Source of the DNA: an uncultured Actinomycetes bacterium
GTDB taxonomy: Bacteria > Actinomycetota > Thermoleophilia > UBA2241
Length of the DNA stretch: 64,000 bases
Direction: 5' to 3'
Assembly: GCA_963725665.1 (NCBI GenBank)
Contig: CAVRZA010000002.1
Location: forward strand, 64,001 to 128,000
Shown: positions 7,851 to 17,482 of the stretch, in pieces
Numbering within the stretch: the stretch's first letter is position 1
Layout of the letters: every line of letters begins with the position of its first letter
Translations under genes and position numbers: made by a program
Notes under the pieces: generated by a model
The model's database searches: none
The model's input: the letters and a program-made list of their open reading frames with translations, nothing else
What the model was told of the DNA's origin: nothing

Positions 7851-7861
7851 AAGAGGAAGCC

Positions 7862-7870
7862 AGTATAGCA
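7862..7870 (-). promoter_or_regulatory. Extended -10 promoter of the MalT-like gene
   Basis: Minus strand TGcTATACT, 11 nt before ATG. Confidence 0.55.
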
Positions 7871-8033
7871 GCGGACCGTTGGCTGGCTTGCCGGTTCGGC
7901 GATCCCGCGGTTGACAATAGAACCTGGGTGGGAGTCACGATTCAACGCGGGCGGTCCTAGGCGGTGGAGTCGGGGCTGCGCCTGCGATCGCGTCTCCGCG
8001 CTGGCGCCGTTGTGAAGTCGGAGTAGCGTTGTC

Positions 8034-8042
8034 TGCTATACT
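8034..8042 (+). promoter_or_regulatory. Extended -10 promoter of the VanW-family gene
   Basis: TGcTATACT. Confidence 0.55.
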
Positions 8043-8078
8043 CCTCGTCGTAGAAACGCCCACTACATCCGCACGACA

Positions 8079-9956
8079 GTGAGCTCCGAGGACTCTTCCG
8101 CTTCATCTCACGCCTCGTATACGCGCTACGGCACACCTCGACAGCGGGGTGGCCGCGCGTCGTCCAGGGCGCTTGTCATCGCCCTGGTCGCGATCGCTGC
8201 CGTGGTGGTCTTGTTCGTCGCGCTCGCGGGCGCCGACTACGCCCTATCGCGGGGCAAGATCCACCGCGGCGTCGCCGTCTACGGCATCGAGCTCGGAGGG
8301 CTGACGGCGCGGCAGGCGGCGGCGAAGCTGGCGACTGCCACGCCCGACGGCGCACGCGTCGTGCTGACCGACGGGGGCAAGAGCTGGACCATCGCGACGG
8401 CGGCGGTCGGCGCGCGCCTCGACGGCACGACGGCGGCGCGCGCCGCGTACGTCTACACGCGCCAGAGCGGCCTCGTGGTCGATGCTTGGCGGCGGCTGTC
8501 GTTGTGGTTCTCGGCCACCGACCTGGAGCCGGTGGTGGTCTTTGACCGCGGGAAGCTGCGCGGCGAGCTCGACAAGATCGCCGCGGCGGTCGAGGCCAAG
8601 CCGGTGGCCGCCACGGTCAAGATCAAGAAGGGCCAGCCGGTCGTGAAGGCGTCGCGCGAGGGGCTGGCGCTCGACCGCGGCGCGGTCGAGCGCCAGCTCG
8701 CAGCCGCCTTCGTCGCGGGCGGCACCCTGACCGGCAAGCTGCCCGTCTCGATCGCCAGTCCGGCCGTCTCCACCGCCGACGCGCGCGCCGCCGCCGATCA
8801 GGCCGCCGCGTTCCTCACCGGCCCGCTCACCCTCACCTACAAAGCCCGCTCCTGGGTCATCCCGGCCGATAAGCTCGCGGGCTATCTCGCCTTCGTGCCC
8901 GGCGACTCGCCCAAGCTCAGAGCGACCTTCGCCTCGCCGACGATGGAGGGGTACTTCCGCTTCATCACGGCGCAGATCGGCATACCGGCCAAGGATGCCT
9001 CCTTCAAGATCGTCGGCAACCGGGTGAGGGTCGTGCGCGGCAAGCCGGGTGTCGGCGTGGCCGAGAAGCTCACGGTACGCAACATCGAGGCCGCGGCGCA
9101 GCAGAGCGGCAGTGCTCGCACGGCGGCCCTCGTCATCGGCAAGGCCAGGCCCGAGCTCACCTACGAGAAGGCCAAGGCGCTCAAGATCACGCGCCGCATC
9201 GGCACCTACACGACGTCGGTCTCGGGGTCGTCGGGCAGGCTGCACAACGTAGGCCTCGGCGCCGCGATGCTCAGCAACGTGCTGGTCGCGCCGGGCAAGG
9301 TCTTCTCAGTCAACGCGACGACCGGCGAGCGCACGGCCGCCAAGGGCTACCAGGTGGCGCCGGTGATCATCAACGGTCAGCTCGAGGACTCGATCGGCGG
9401 CGGCATGTGCCAGGTCTCGACGACCCTCTTCAACGCCGCCTTCGAGGCCGGCCTGCAGATCGTCGAGCGCACCAACCACAGCCTCTACATCTCGCACTAC
9501 CCGCTGGGGCGCGACGCCACGGTGAGCTACGGCTCCTACGACCTGAAGTTCCGCAACGACAGCAAGAACTGGATCCTCGTGAAGTCGTTCTATACCGGCT
9601 GGTCGCTGACGTTCTCGCTTTACGGCACGCCGCTGCATCGGCGGGTGACCTCATCGGTGAGCGGCTGGTACGGCTTCCGGCCCTTCCCCACGGTCGAGAA
9701 GAAGGATCCCACGCTGGCGAAGGGCAAGAAGAAGGTCGAGACGCCGGGCGTCTCGGGGCAGAGCATCACCTGCTACCGCAAGGTCTACGACGCCAGTGGC
9801 AAGCTGCTCTGGAGCGACACCTTCGTGAGTCACTACCAGGTGGTTCCGCAGGTCGTGCTCGTGGGGACCAAGGAGAAGGCGTCGCCGTCACCCAGCGGCT
9901 CGGGCACGGCGAGCCCGAAACCGTCGCCGACGGTGACCAAGAGCCCTAAGCCCTAG
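8079..9956 (+). CDS. VanW-family protein (TM anchor, PG-binding repeats, VanW domain, G5 domain)
   Basis: GGGMCQVSTTLFNA, ERTNHS, YPLGRDATV, DLKFRND; C-terminal G5-like segment and Ser/Pro tail. Confidence 0.9.
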   Translation: MSSEDSSASSHASYTRYGTPRQRGGRASSRALVIALVAIAAVVVLFVALAGADYALSRGKIHRGVAVYGIELGGLTARQAAAKLATATPDGARVVLTDGGKSWTIATAAVGARLDGTTAARAAYVYTRQSGLVVDAWRRLSLWFSATDLEPVVVFDRGKLRGELDKIAAAVEAKPVAATVKIKKGQPVVKASREGLALDRGAVERQLAAAFVAGGTLTGKLPVSIASPAVSTADARAAADQAAAFLTGPLTLTYKARSWVIPADKLAGYLAFVPGDSPKLRATFASPTMEGYFRFITAQIGIPAKDASFKIVGNRVRVVRGKPGVGVAEKLTVRNIEAAAQQSGSARTAALVIGKARPELTYEKAKALKITRRIGTYTTSVSGSSGRLHNVGLGAAMLSNVLVAPGKVFSVNATTGERTAAKGYQVAPVIINGQLEDSIGGGMCQVSTTLFNAAFEAGLQIVERTNHSLYISHYPLGRDATVSYGSYDLKFRNDSKNWILVKSFYTGWSLTFSLYGTPLHRRVTSSVSGWYGFRPFPTVEKKDPTLAKGKKKVETPGVSGQSITCYRKVYDASGKLLWSDTFVSHYQVVPQVVLVGTKEKASPSPSGSGTASPKPSPTVTKSPKP

Positions 9957-10175
9957 CCGAGCGCCACGCACTGAGGCCCGGCCTCGTCGTGTTTCCGCTG
10001 ACGGCCGTCCGCGCCACCGGTGCGAGTGTCGGAGTCTCTTGCGGCGACGTCCTGCCGGTGCGCAATACCGCCTGGGAGTCTTCCTGACTATTGTTGTCAT
10101 ATTAGGTTGCTATCTAGCGGCGCGGGAATAGTAGGTCACCTTGAACCCCCGACTGGGGCCACACAGGAGGTCACG

Positions 10176-10511
10176 ATGACCACGATGCAGGAATCGGTCG
10201 AGATGGGCTGTGCCCCGGGTGCCGTTCACGAAGACCTCATCACGTACTTCTTTCGCCGGTCGATCGGGCAATACCAGGCTCCCGACACGGGTCTCCGCTG
10301 GAGTCCGGGCGACGACCTTCTACGGGACGGCGAGTTCCGCTACGACTCCATCGAAGGGGGCGGGACGAGATTGACCGCCAGCGTCGAGTTCGACGAAGGG
10401 AGGCTGCGGGCCGACGGTGGCAGCGAGGCGATGCTGCGCACGGTGCTGCGCACACACCTGTGGCACATCTCGCAGTATTGTGGGCTGCCGCCGAGGACGC
10501 CGCCTGCCTGA
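10176..10511 (+). CDS. Hypothetical protein, possibly SRPBCC/START-like
   Basis: SD AGGAGG before ATG 10176; MTTMQESVEM start and GGGTRLTASVEF resemble cyclase/SRPBCC proteins. Confidence 0.6.
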   Translation: MTTMQESVEMGCAPGAVHEDLITYFFRRSIGQYQAPDTGLRWSPGDDLLRDGEFRYDSIEGGGTRLTASVEFDEGRLRADGGSEAMLRTVLRTHLWHISQYCGLPPRTPPA

Positions 10512-10653
10512 CGGTTGCACACGCCGTTGAGCGGGCGCTATGGGCAGGGGTCAGCGGCATGCAAGGGGGGGCAGCGCCGAGGCTCGTGAGAGGCGCGGCG
10601 CTGCCCACCTGCCTGTATCTGTCGAAACGTCCCTGCGCGGCTGGGTGGCTCAG

Positions 10654-11130
10654 CTAGGCCAGCAGCGAGAGGGCCAGCTCGACGGCTTCCCGGGGGCTCG
10701 CGGCGCGATGAACGCCCTCCGCCGGGCCCGAGGCCGGCCGTATATCCCAGCTCGCGAGCAACACCACATGACGGCCGGCGGCGCGTGCCAGGGCGATCTC
10801 GGAGAGCGTGCCCCACTCGCCGCCCACGGCGATGACCACGTCGCCGCTGGCCGCCACGGCCAGGTTGCGGGCGTGACCGATGCCGGTGCAGAGCGCGAAG
10901 GTGAGGTCGGGCGAGGCGCGGCGGCGGTCGAGGTCGGGCAGCAGCCCGAGGCAGCGACCGCTGCCGCGCCTCGCCCCGCGCGCGACCGCCGCCATGACGC
11001 CGCCGTCCATGCCGCCACACACGACGACGCAACCCCGCTCGGCGAGCAGACGGCCGACCTCCTCCGCCTGGGCGGCCAGCTCCTCGCCGCAACTGGCGGC
11101 GCCGATGACGCTGACGTACGTCTCAGCCAT
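10654..11130 (-). CDS. TIGR00725-family SLOG (LOG/DprA-like) protein
   Basis: VVCGGMDGGVMAAV, GHARNLAV, GGEWGTLSEIALA. Confidence 0.88.
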   Translation of the reverse strand: MAETYVSVIGAASCGEELAAQAEEVGRLLAERGCVVVCGGMDGGVMAAVARGARRGSGRCLGLLPDLDRRRASPDLTFALCTGIGHARNLAVAASGDVVIAVGGEWGTLSEIALARAAGRHVVLLASWDIRPASGPAEGVHRAASPREAVELALSLLA

Positions 11131-11674
11131 CGCCGTCCTCCTCCGTCTCACGCGGTCCGCGATCGCGGTGCAGCACCGAGGTGTACAGCCTGTAGCCGCG
11201 TCCTTCGTAGAAGCGCATCGCCTCCTCGTTGTCCGCCATGATCTCGACCAGCACGTGCTTCACACCGAGGCGCGCCAGCTCGCGGTCGACGGCGTCCATG
11301 AGCGCGCCGCCGAGGCCCCGCCGGCGCTCGCTCGGCGCCACGATCAGGGTCTGGAGCGCCGCGGCCCGCTCGCCCATGTCCCACATCGGGCTGCCCTCGC
11401 AGAGCTCGACCATCGCGTAGCCGAGCAGCCCGTCGCCGCGGCGCGCGACGACGAAAAAGGAGGCCTCCTGGGCGAGCCAGCGCACGTACTCGGCCCGTCG
11501 GCGCCGCCAGGACTCTTCGGGTGAGCGTTGGGGCAGGTCGGCGTAGACCTGCTTATGGTGTTCGAGCAGGCTCTTCCAGAGGGGTTCGAGCCGGTCGATC
11601 TCGGCGGGATCGCCTCGCGCGACGAGCCACTCCCCCGGCTGGTCGTGGGTCGGGCTGCCGTCGGCGGCGGTCAC
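11123..11674 (-). CDS. GNAT acetyltransferase
   Basis: VAPSERRRGLGGALM acetyl-CoA motif, NEEAMRFYEGRGY. Confidence 0.88.
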   Translation of the reverse strand: MTAADGSPTHDQPGEWLVARGDPAEIDRLEPLWKSLLEHHKQVYADLPQRSPEESWRRRRAEYVRWLAQEASFFVVARRGDGLLGYAMVELCEGSPMWDMGERAAALQTLIVAPSERRRGLGGALMDAVDRELARLGVKHVLVEIMADNEEAMRFYEGRGYRLYTSVLHRDRGPRETEEDGDG

Positions 11675-12294
11675 TAGGCCTCCCCGTGCGAGGCCGTCTC
11701 GGGAGCCTCGTCGTCGGCGGGCTCCGCGCCAGCGGCGGGGGCGCTCAGGCGCCCATAGAGGAGGTGGTAGCCGACGCGGAATCCGCGCCGCTCGTAGAAA
11801 CGCAGCGCCTCACCGTTGACCGCGTCGACACCGATGACGAGCCCCTCGACACCCAGCCTCGCGAGCCGGCGCTCGGCCTCGGCGAGAAGCTGTGTGCCCA
11901 CGCCTCGGCCACGTTCGGCCGCTGCGACGCTCAGCGAGGTGAGCTCGACGTAGCGTCTGCCGGTCGCCCAGACGGGGTCCGGTCCGTCTTCGACGCGGAC
12001 CACGGCGTAGCCGATGGGCTCGTCGCCCCTGAGGGCGACGAGCCCGAACGAGTCTCCGCCGGAGAGCAGCTCCGCGTATTCCTTGCGGCGCATAGGCCAC
12101 GACTGCTCATGGGCGACGATCGGGACGATGTTCTCGGGTACGCGGATACGGTCCACGAGCTCACGCCAGAGCGGCTCGAGCAGGTCGAGCTGGTCCGTGG
12201 TGAGCGAGTGCAGGTGCACCCCATCAGCTGCGTGTGTTCTGCCAGGGCCCATCGTCGGCATCCTCTTCCCTTGTCTTGTGCCTTCTCCGTTCAT
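11674..12294 (-). CDS. GNAT acetyltransferase (paralog of the adjacent gene)
   Basis: VAAAERGRGVGTQLL, NGEALRFYERRGF; start ATG 12294 (TGATG overlap with the helicase stop) or 12261. Confidence 0.85.
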   Translation of the reverse strand: MNGEGTRQGKRMPTMGPGRTHAADGVHLHSLTTDQLDLLEPLWRELVDRIRVPENIVPIVAHEQSWPMRRKEYAELLSGGDSFGLVALRGDEPIGYAVVRVEDGPDPVWATGRRYVELTSLSVAAAERGRGVGTQLLAEAERRLARLGVEGLVIGVDAVNGEALRFYERRGFRVGYHLLYGRLSAPAAGAEPADDEAPETASHGEA

Positions 12295-14640
12295 CACGCC
12301 GGCCCCGGGGGGTCTGCTCCGCGATGCGGGCCGCTCTCCGGTCCGGTCAGGAGCTCGAGCACGCGCAGCGCCCCGCTCTTGCTCAGCGGCTCGTTCAGGT
12401 TGCCGCACTTGGGGCTCTGCACGCACGAGGGGCAACCGCTCTCGCAGGGGCACTCGGCGATCAGGAGCCGGGCGTCCGCGGCGAGCGACCCGAAGGCGTC
12501 GTACGCTCGTCGCACAAGCCCTACCCCCCCCGGGTAACCGTCGTAGATGAAGATCGTCGCCATGTCGGTCTGCCAGTGCCAGGGGGTGGAGAGGCCGCCG
12601 ATGTCCCAGCGGTCGCACATGGCGTAGAGAGGCAGGACGGCGATGGAGGCGTGCTCCGCGCCGTGGAGAGCACCGGCGACTTCGCGCTCGTCGAGATGCT
12701 CGGCGAGAAGGTCGGCCGGCAGTGCGAACCAGATCGCCTCGGTGGCGAAGACGTCCTCGGGAAGGTCGAGCGGCAGCGTCTCGAGGACCTCGTTCTCGGT
12801 CAGGGTGCGCCTCTGGTAGGCGACCACCTGCTCGGTGACCTCGAGCTGGCCGAAGATGAGGTTCACCCCTGCGGCGATGGGACGCACCAGGGCCTGGCCG
12901 GCGACGAAGACGTGCTTCTCGGTCTTCGGCTGCGTGTAGTAGGTGCCGTCGAAATCGTCGACGAGGACGGTATGCGTGTCGAGGTCGAGCTCGCGCACGA
13001 GATAGCTCTGGCCGAGGTGCAGGTAGACCGCGCCGGGGTGGGCGAAGCGAAAGACGCGCTCGCGCTCGACGGTGCCCAGAACCGTGCCCGAGCGCGTCTC
13101 GACGATGACGAACGTCTCGCTCGAGGCGCTGCGCAGCGACACACCCGCGGCCGGGAAGTGCGGCCGGCCCCAGACGATGGCGCCGCCGCGCGCGCGGCGC
13201 AGCTTGCCGCTCGCGGCAAGCTGCGCCGCGCGCGCCATACCCACCTCGCCGAAGTATTCGCTGTCGACCTCGGTCATGGGCTTCTCGTAGGCGGCCGCCT
13301 CGAGGTGGGGGTCGAGGATGTGTGGGTTGGCGAGGTCGATGATGGCCTCCTCGACCGAGCGTGAGAGGAGCCGCTCGGGCTCGCGCATGAAGTACTGGTC
13401 GAGGGCGTCCTGACCGGCCACGAGCACGTTAACGCCGTTGCCCCTGCCGTCCGGCGCGTCCCCACCGCTGGCGCAGCGAGGTGACCGTGCCGGGAAAGCC
13501 CATCACCAGCGAGAGGTCGAGGCTGCCGACGTCGATGCCGAGCTCGAGGGCGTTGGTGGCGACGACGGCGTCGAGCTCGTGGTCGAAGAGGCGGCGCTCG
13601 ATGTCGCGCCGCTGCTGCGGCGTGTAGCCGGCGCGGTAGGGCGAGACGCGCTCGGCTGCGTCGCCGTCGCGGTCTTCGAGGCGCCGGCGGGTGTAGGTGT
13701 AGATGAGCTCCGCGGCCTTGCGCGTCGGGGCGAAGCCGATGACGCGTAGGCCGCGCAGGACCGCCTCGGCGATCACGTAGCTCGACTCGGCCAGCGCGCT
13801 CGCGCGCTGGCCGAGGGCGGCGTCGAGCAGCGGCGGGTTCCAGAAGACGATCGCCTTCTCGGGCTGCGGAGAGCCGTCGTCGGTGACCTCCGTGAAGGGC
13901 AGTCCGACAAGCTTCTCGGCGAACGGTCCGGGGTTGGCGATGGTCGCCGAGGTCAGGATGAAGCGTGGGTCGGCGCCGTAGTGACGGCACAGCCGGCGCA
14001 GGCGACGCAACACCTGTGCGACGTGCGAGCCGAAGACGCCGCGGTACACGTGCGCCTCGTCGAGCACGACGAAACGCAGGTTGTGCAGGAACTCGGCCCA
14101 ACGATCATGGGCGGGGAGGATCCCGACGTGCAGCATGTCGGGGTTCGACAGGACGATCGTCGCTCGCGCGCGTATGCCCGGACGCTGCGACTGTGGTGTG
14201 TCGCCGTCGTAGATGGCCGCGACCACGCCGCGAAGCTTCAGGCTCGACAGGTGGCGAGCCTGGTCCTGGGCGAGCGCCTTGGTGGGGTAGAGGTAGAGGG
14301 CGCGGCTCGACGCGTCGTGGGCGAACGCGTCGAGGGTCGGGACCGAGAAGCAGAGCGACTTGCCGCTCGCCGTGCCAGTGGCGACAACGACGTGCTGGTC
14401 TTCGGTGAGGAGGTCGTACGCGCTGCGCTGGTGGCTGTAGAGGCGCTCCGCGCCTTGCGCCACCAGCGCAGCGCGCAACTCCTGCGCAAGTGCGTCGGGC
14501 AAAGGCGTCGTGCGAGCTCGACGAGCGGCCTGGTGGGTCACGTAGACGACCTGCTCGTGCGAGCCGTCGAAGAACAGGCTGGAGACCGCGGCGTGCGCCT
14601 CCGTCACGCCGCCGTCGGGTTCGATGGTTTCCCCGCCCAT
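12294..14640 (-). pseudogene. DEAD/DEAH helicase with DUF1998 (MrfA/YprA/SftH/Hrq1 family), split by a 1-nt frameshift
   Basis: TGTASGKS, PTKALAQDQ, DEAH, SAT, QRWGRAGR in 13429-14640; MCDRWDIGG and CPCESGCPSC in 12294-13427; deleting one base of the 4-nt run at 13441-13444 fuses both frames. Confidence 0.85.
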
Positions 14641-14773
14641 GACGGCATCCTACCCGATGATCCGACTGCGCCGGCGGGGCTGTTGGAGGAGCTGCCTCGA
14701 TCCCGCGCCGCGCGCGTGAGGAGGGGCGATCAGCGACGAGTGACGCTTGGCATGAGGAATCGCGGATGGCAGC

Positions 14774-14797
14774 AAAAGGGGCGCCCTGCGGCGCCCC
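14774..14797 (-). terminator. Intrinsic terminator of the CAP gene
   Basis: Minus strand GGGGCGCC-GCAG-GGCGCCCC-TTTT. Confidence 0.75.
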
Positions 14798-14821
14798 GGT
14801 CACGCTCCCTCGGCCTGCGGC

Positions 14822-15409
14822 CTATTTGCTGCGCCTGCCGAAGTCGAGCGTGAAGAAGAAAGCTCCACCCATGAGTGCTCCGGAGTGCACTCCCACGCCG
14901 ACGTCACGGAACCTCGACGTCAGGATGATGGCCCGGTGCGGCGGACTGTGCATCCACGCGTTGACGATAGCCTGCGGGGTCCCGAGCAGGCCCTGACCCC
15001 AAGCGATGCACTCGCCCACCGTCCACGAGCTGCAGCCCGCTCTCTTGTAGCCGTAGTTGATCAGGCGAGCCGAGAAGGCCGTGCCGTTGCGGGAATTGTG
15101 GCTGAAATAGCGCCGGTGGACCATCTCTACGGAGTGGCCGCGAGCCGCCCTGACCAGGGCCACATTGGCGCGAACGGGGGCGAGGCCGCGAGATGTACGC
15201 GCCTTGTTCACGAGCCGGATGACCAGCTTCTCCTTGGCGGTCAGCGTGAACGTAGAGGTGGAGGTCGAGAGGGCGCGGTATTGGACTTCGGTACCCGTCG
15301 GCGTCTGGGCGGCGCCGATCTGGGCCAAGGCTGCCGACGGAAGTCCGGCAAAGGTCACCAGGAGGAGCGGCAGCAGCAGCGCGGGACTCCAGAAACGGCC
15401 TCTTCTCAC
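14822..15409 (-). CDS. Secreted CAP/SCP-domain protein
   Basis: Signal peptide, AARGHSVEM...YFSH, GECIAWG, WMHSPPHRAIIL. Confidence 0.9.
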   Translation of the reverse strand: MRRGRFWSPALLLPLLLVTFAGLPSAALAQIGAAQTPTGTEVQYRALSTSTSTFTLTAKEKLVIRLVNKARTSRGLAPVRANVALVRAARGHSVEMVHRRYFSHNSRNGTAFSARLINYGYKRAGCSSWTVGECIAWGQGLLGTPQAIVNAWMHSPPHRAIILTSRFRDVGVGVHSGALMGGAFFFTLDFGRRSK

Positions 15410-15478
15410 GACACCCTCCCGGGCGGGCCGCGAAGAACCATGAATGAGGCCCGCTCAACTGATCTCTCTCATGGCTTT

Positions 15479-15505
15479 GTATCGGCGCTGCTCCCTCCGG
15501 AATGA
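15479..15505 (-). promoter_or_regulatory. Possible sigma28-type promoter of the CAP gene
   Basis: Minus strand TCAT-N15-GCCGATAC. Confidence 0.4.
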
Positions 15506-15842
15506 GGTCGGGACCGCAGAAGGTCTCGTCTGGACAGACAACGTGCAGGCGTTTTGCGCGCGGTGAGTGCCGTTGACTGGATGGCATGATCGGCGAGCGT
15601 GGTCGTGCGCGTCGTCAGCGTCGCCTGGCGGCCAGGACATGCCGCCCTGGGGGCGATCAGCTCCGTCTGCTCGTGGCGAAGGTCTCTTGACGACTGGCAA
15701 CGGCGCGGTTCGGCTTCCCACTTGCAGGGCCGCGCTGCTTGCTGCTGGCGGCCTTCACGGACTTGGCGTCGTTGCGACTGCGGCGGCTGGCGCGTGTCGT
15801 CGGGGGTTGCCCCGGCCCCGGTCAACCTATACCCTACCGTCC

Positions 15843-16619
15843 ATGCAGAGCCTGACGAGTGAACGGCGGCGTGCTCGCCGCCGGAGGCAGATCAGGCGTC
15901 GGCGGGTGGCCGCTGTCTCGCTTGTCATCACCCTCGTCGTCCTCGCTATCGCGATCGCCTACGCTTGGCCCTCGCGGATCCCGGCCCGCGTTCCCAAGGT
16001 CGTCGCCGGCTCACCCTTCCTGACCGCCGAGGGTGTGAAGCATCGCATCGTGGTGGCCCGCGTCGAAGCCATCGACATGCTGCTGCCCGTTGCCCAACAG
16101 CAGACGACGGCGATCGCTTTCCACCCAGTTGACAACGGCAACACCGTGCCGTTCTCGCCGTTGGGGGAGCGAGTCGGCAGCCCGACGCTGGCGAGCAAGG
16201 TGGCCGACATCTTCACGGGCGGGGGCGGCCCGCGCTACTACCTGATGTCGGGCGACGGCAGCGACGGCTCGTCTGCGACCTCGGGTCTCGACATCGGTGC
16301 CGTGCCGGGTGTGTTCGTCTGTGCTCCCGTCGACGGACGCGTAACCGCGGTCAAGCCCTACGAGCTCCTGGGGCGCTACGCCGACTGTGAGGTTGACATC
16401 CAGCTCTCCGACGATCCCAGCTTGCTGCTCGTTGTCACGCACCTCAAGAAGCCCCGCGTGAAGATCGGCGACGACGTGCGCGCGGGGCAGACGGTGCTCG
16501 GCCGCCTGCGCGGCTTTCCCACGGTCGTGCAGCAGGACCTGCGGCAGTACACGGCCGACGCCGGCGACCACCTACAGCTCGTGATGCTGCGCATCACGCC
16601 CAACCTCGCCGGCTTCTAG
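15843..16619 (+). CDS. Membrane-anchored M23 (LytM)-like protein with degenerate metal ligands
   Basis: Arg-rich N-terminus plus TM; GLDIGA..APVDGRV..THL..VKIGDDVRAGQ; TTGCCC-N17-TACCCT 7 nt before ATG. Confidence 0.8.
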   Translation: MQSLTSERRRARRRRQIRRRRVAAVSLVITLVVLAIAIAYAWPSRIPARVPKVVAGSPFLTAEGVKHRIVVARVEAIDMLLPVAQQQTTAIAFHPVDNGNTVPFSPLGERVGSPTLASKVADIFTGGGGPRYYLMSGDGSDGSSATSGLDIGAVPGVFVCAPVDGRVTAVKPYELLGRYADCEVDIQLSDDPSLLLVVTHLKKPRVKIGDDVRAGQTVLGRLRGFPTVVQQDLRQYTADAGDHLQLVMLRITPNLAGF

Positions 16620-16622
16620 ACA

Positions 16623-17441
16623 ATGGCCGTCGCGGTCCCCAAGGCGGGCTTCGCCGTCATCGGCGGCACGGGCTCGCGGGCCGCTTCGTTTCCCGCCGAT
16701 TCGCAGCGCGCTGTGCGCGTGGTTGAGGAGGCAGTGGTCGTCGACACGCCCTACGGCGAGAGCCCGCCGTTCACGCTCTTCGAGCTCGACGGACGGCGGG
16801 TCTTTCACGTGCCGCTGCACGGCTGGCGCCGAGGAGTGCCTCGCGGCGTCGCTTCGCGCCAGGTGTTCAGCGTGCTCCACCGCGCCGGTGTGCGACGCAT
16901 CCTCGGCGACGCCGGCGTTGGTAGTCTCAACCACCTGCTCGATCCCGGCGACCTGGTCGTGCCCGACGACTTCGTCGATATGACGTCGCAGCGCGCCGGC
17001 GAGGGCGTGGCAGGCGACCACCTGTTGATCATGCGCGAGCCCGTATGTCCCGAGGGGCGCGAGGCGCTGCGCGGCGCCGCGCAGCGCCTCGCGCCCGACC
17101 GCCGCCTCTTCGCGCGCGGCGTCTATGTGGTGACCGAGGGGCCGCGCTTCGAATCGTCCGCCGAGGTGCGCTTCCTACGCACCCTGGGTGACATCGTGGG
17201 GCAGAGCTTCTCTCCCGAGGTCTGGCTGGCGCGCGACATCGGAGCCTGCTACGCGGGCGTCTACGTCGTGGTGAACTACGCCGAGGGGGTCGTCGAGGAC
17301 TGGAGCCACGACGAGCTCGGGCGCATCTTCCACGACGACGCTCCCCTTATCGGCGAGATCCTGCTGGCCGCGCTGACCGCGCTTCCCGACGAGCCCGGTT
17401 GCTCCTGCCGCGCGCTCCGCAAGCCGACCCTCCTGAGCTAG
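16623..17441 (+). CDS. MTAP-family purine nucleoside phosphorylase
   Basis: IGGTG, DTPYG, GVGSL, EGPRFESSAE, VVNYAEG. Confidence 0.88.
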   Translation: MAVAVPKAGFAVIGGTGSRAASFPADSQRAVRVVEEAVVVDTPYGESPPFTLFELDGRRVFHVPLHGWRRGVPRGVASRQVFSVLHRAGVRRILGDAGVGSLNHLLDPGDLVVPDDFVDMTSQRAGEGVAGDHLLIMREPVCPEGREALRGAAQRLAPDRRLFARGVYVVTEGPRFESSAEVRFLRTLGDIVGQSFSPEVWLARDIGACYAGVYVVVNYAEGVVEDWSHDELGRIFHDDAPLIGEILLAALTALPDEPGCSCRALRKPTLLS

Positions 17442-17482
17442 GGAGACCTCTGCTCAAAGAGCGGAGCCGGGACGCTGTCGCA

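Noticed and set aside
8079-9956. VanW as a vancomycin-resistance locus
   Set aside because: No vanHAX or vanRS; VanW/G5 proteins are widespread cell-envelope proteins
12294-14640. Split helicase and DUF1998 as DISARM DrmA/DrmB or another defence system
   Set aside because: A single-base frameshift restores one MrfA/Hrq1-type protein; no methylase or nuclease partners nearby
15410-15842. Riboswitch (c-di-GMP or c-di-AMP) in the long CAP/M23 intergenic region
   Set aside because: No recognisable conserved core by eye on either strand; an Rfam scan would be needed to exclude it
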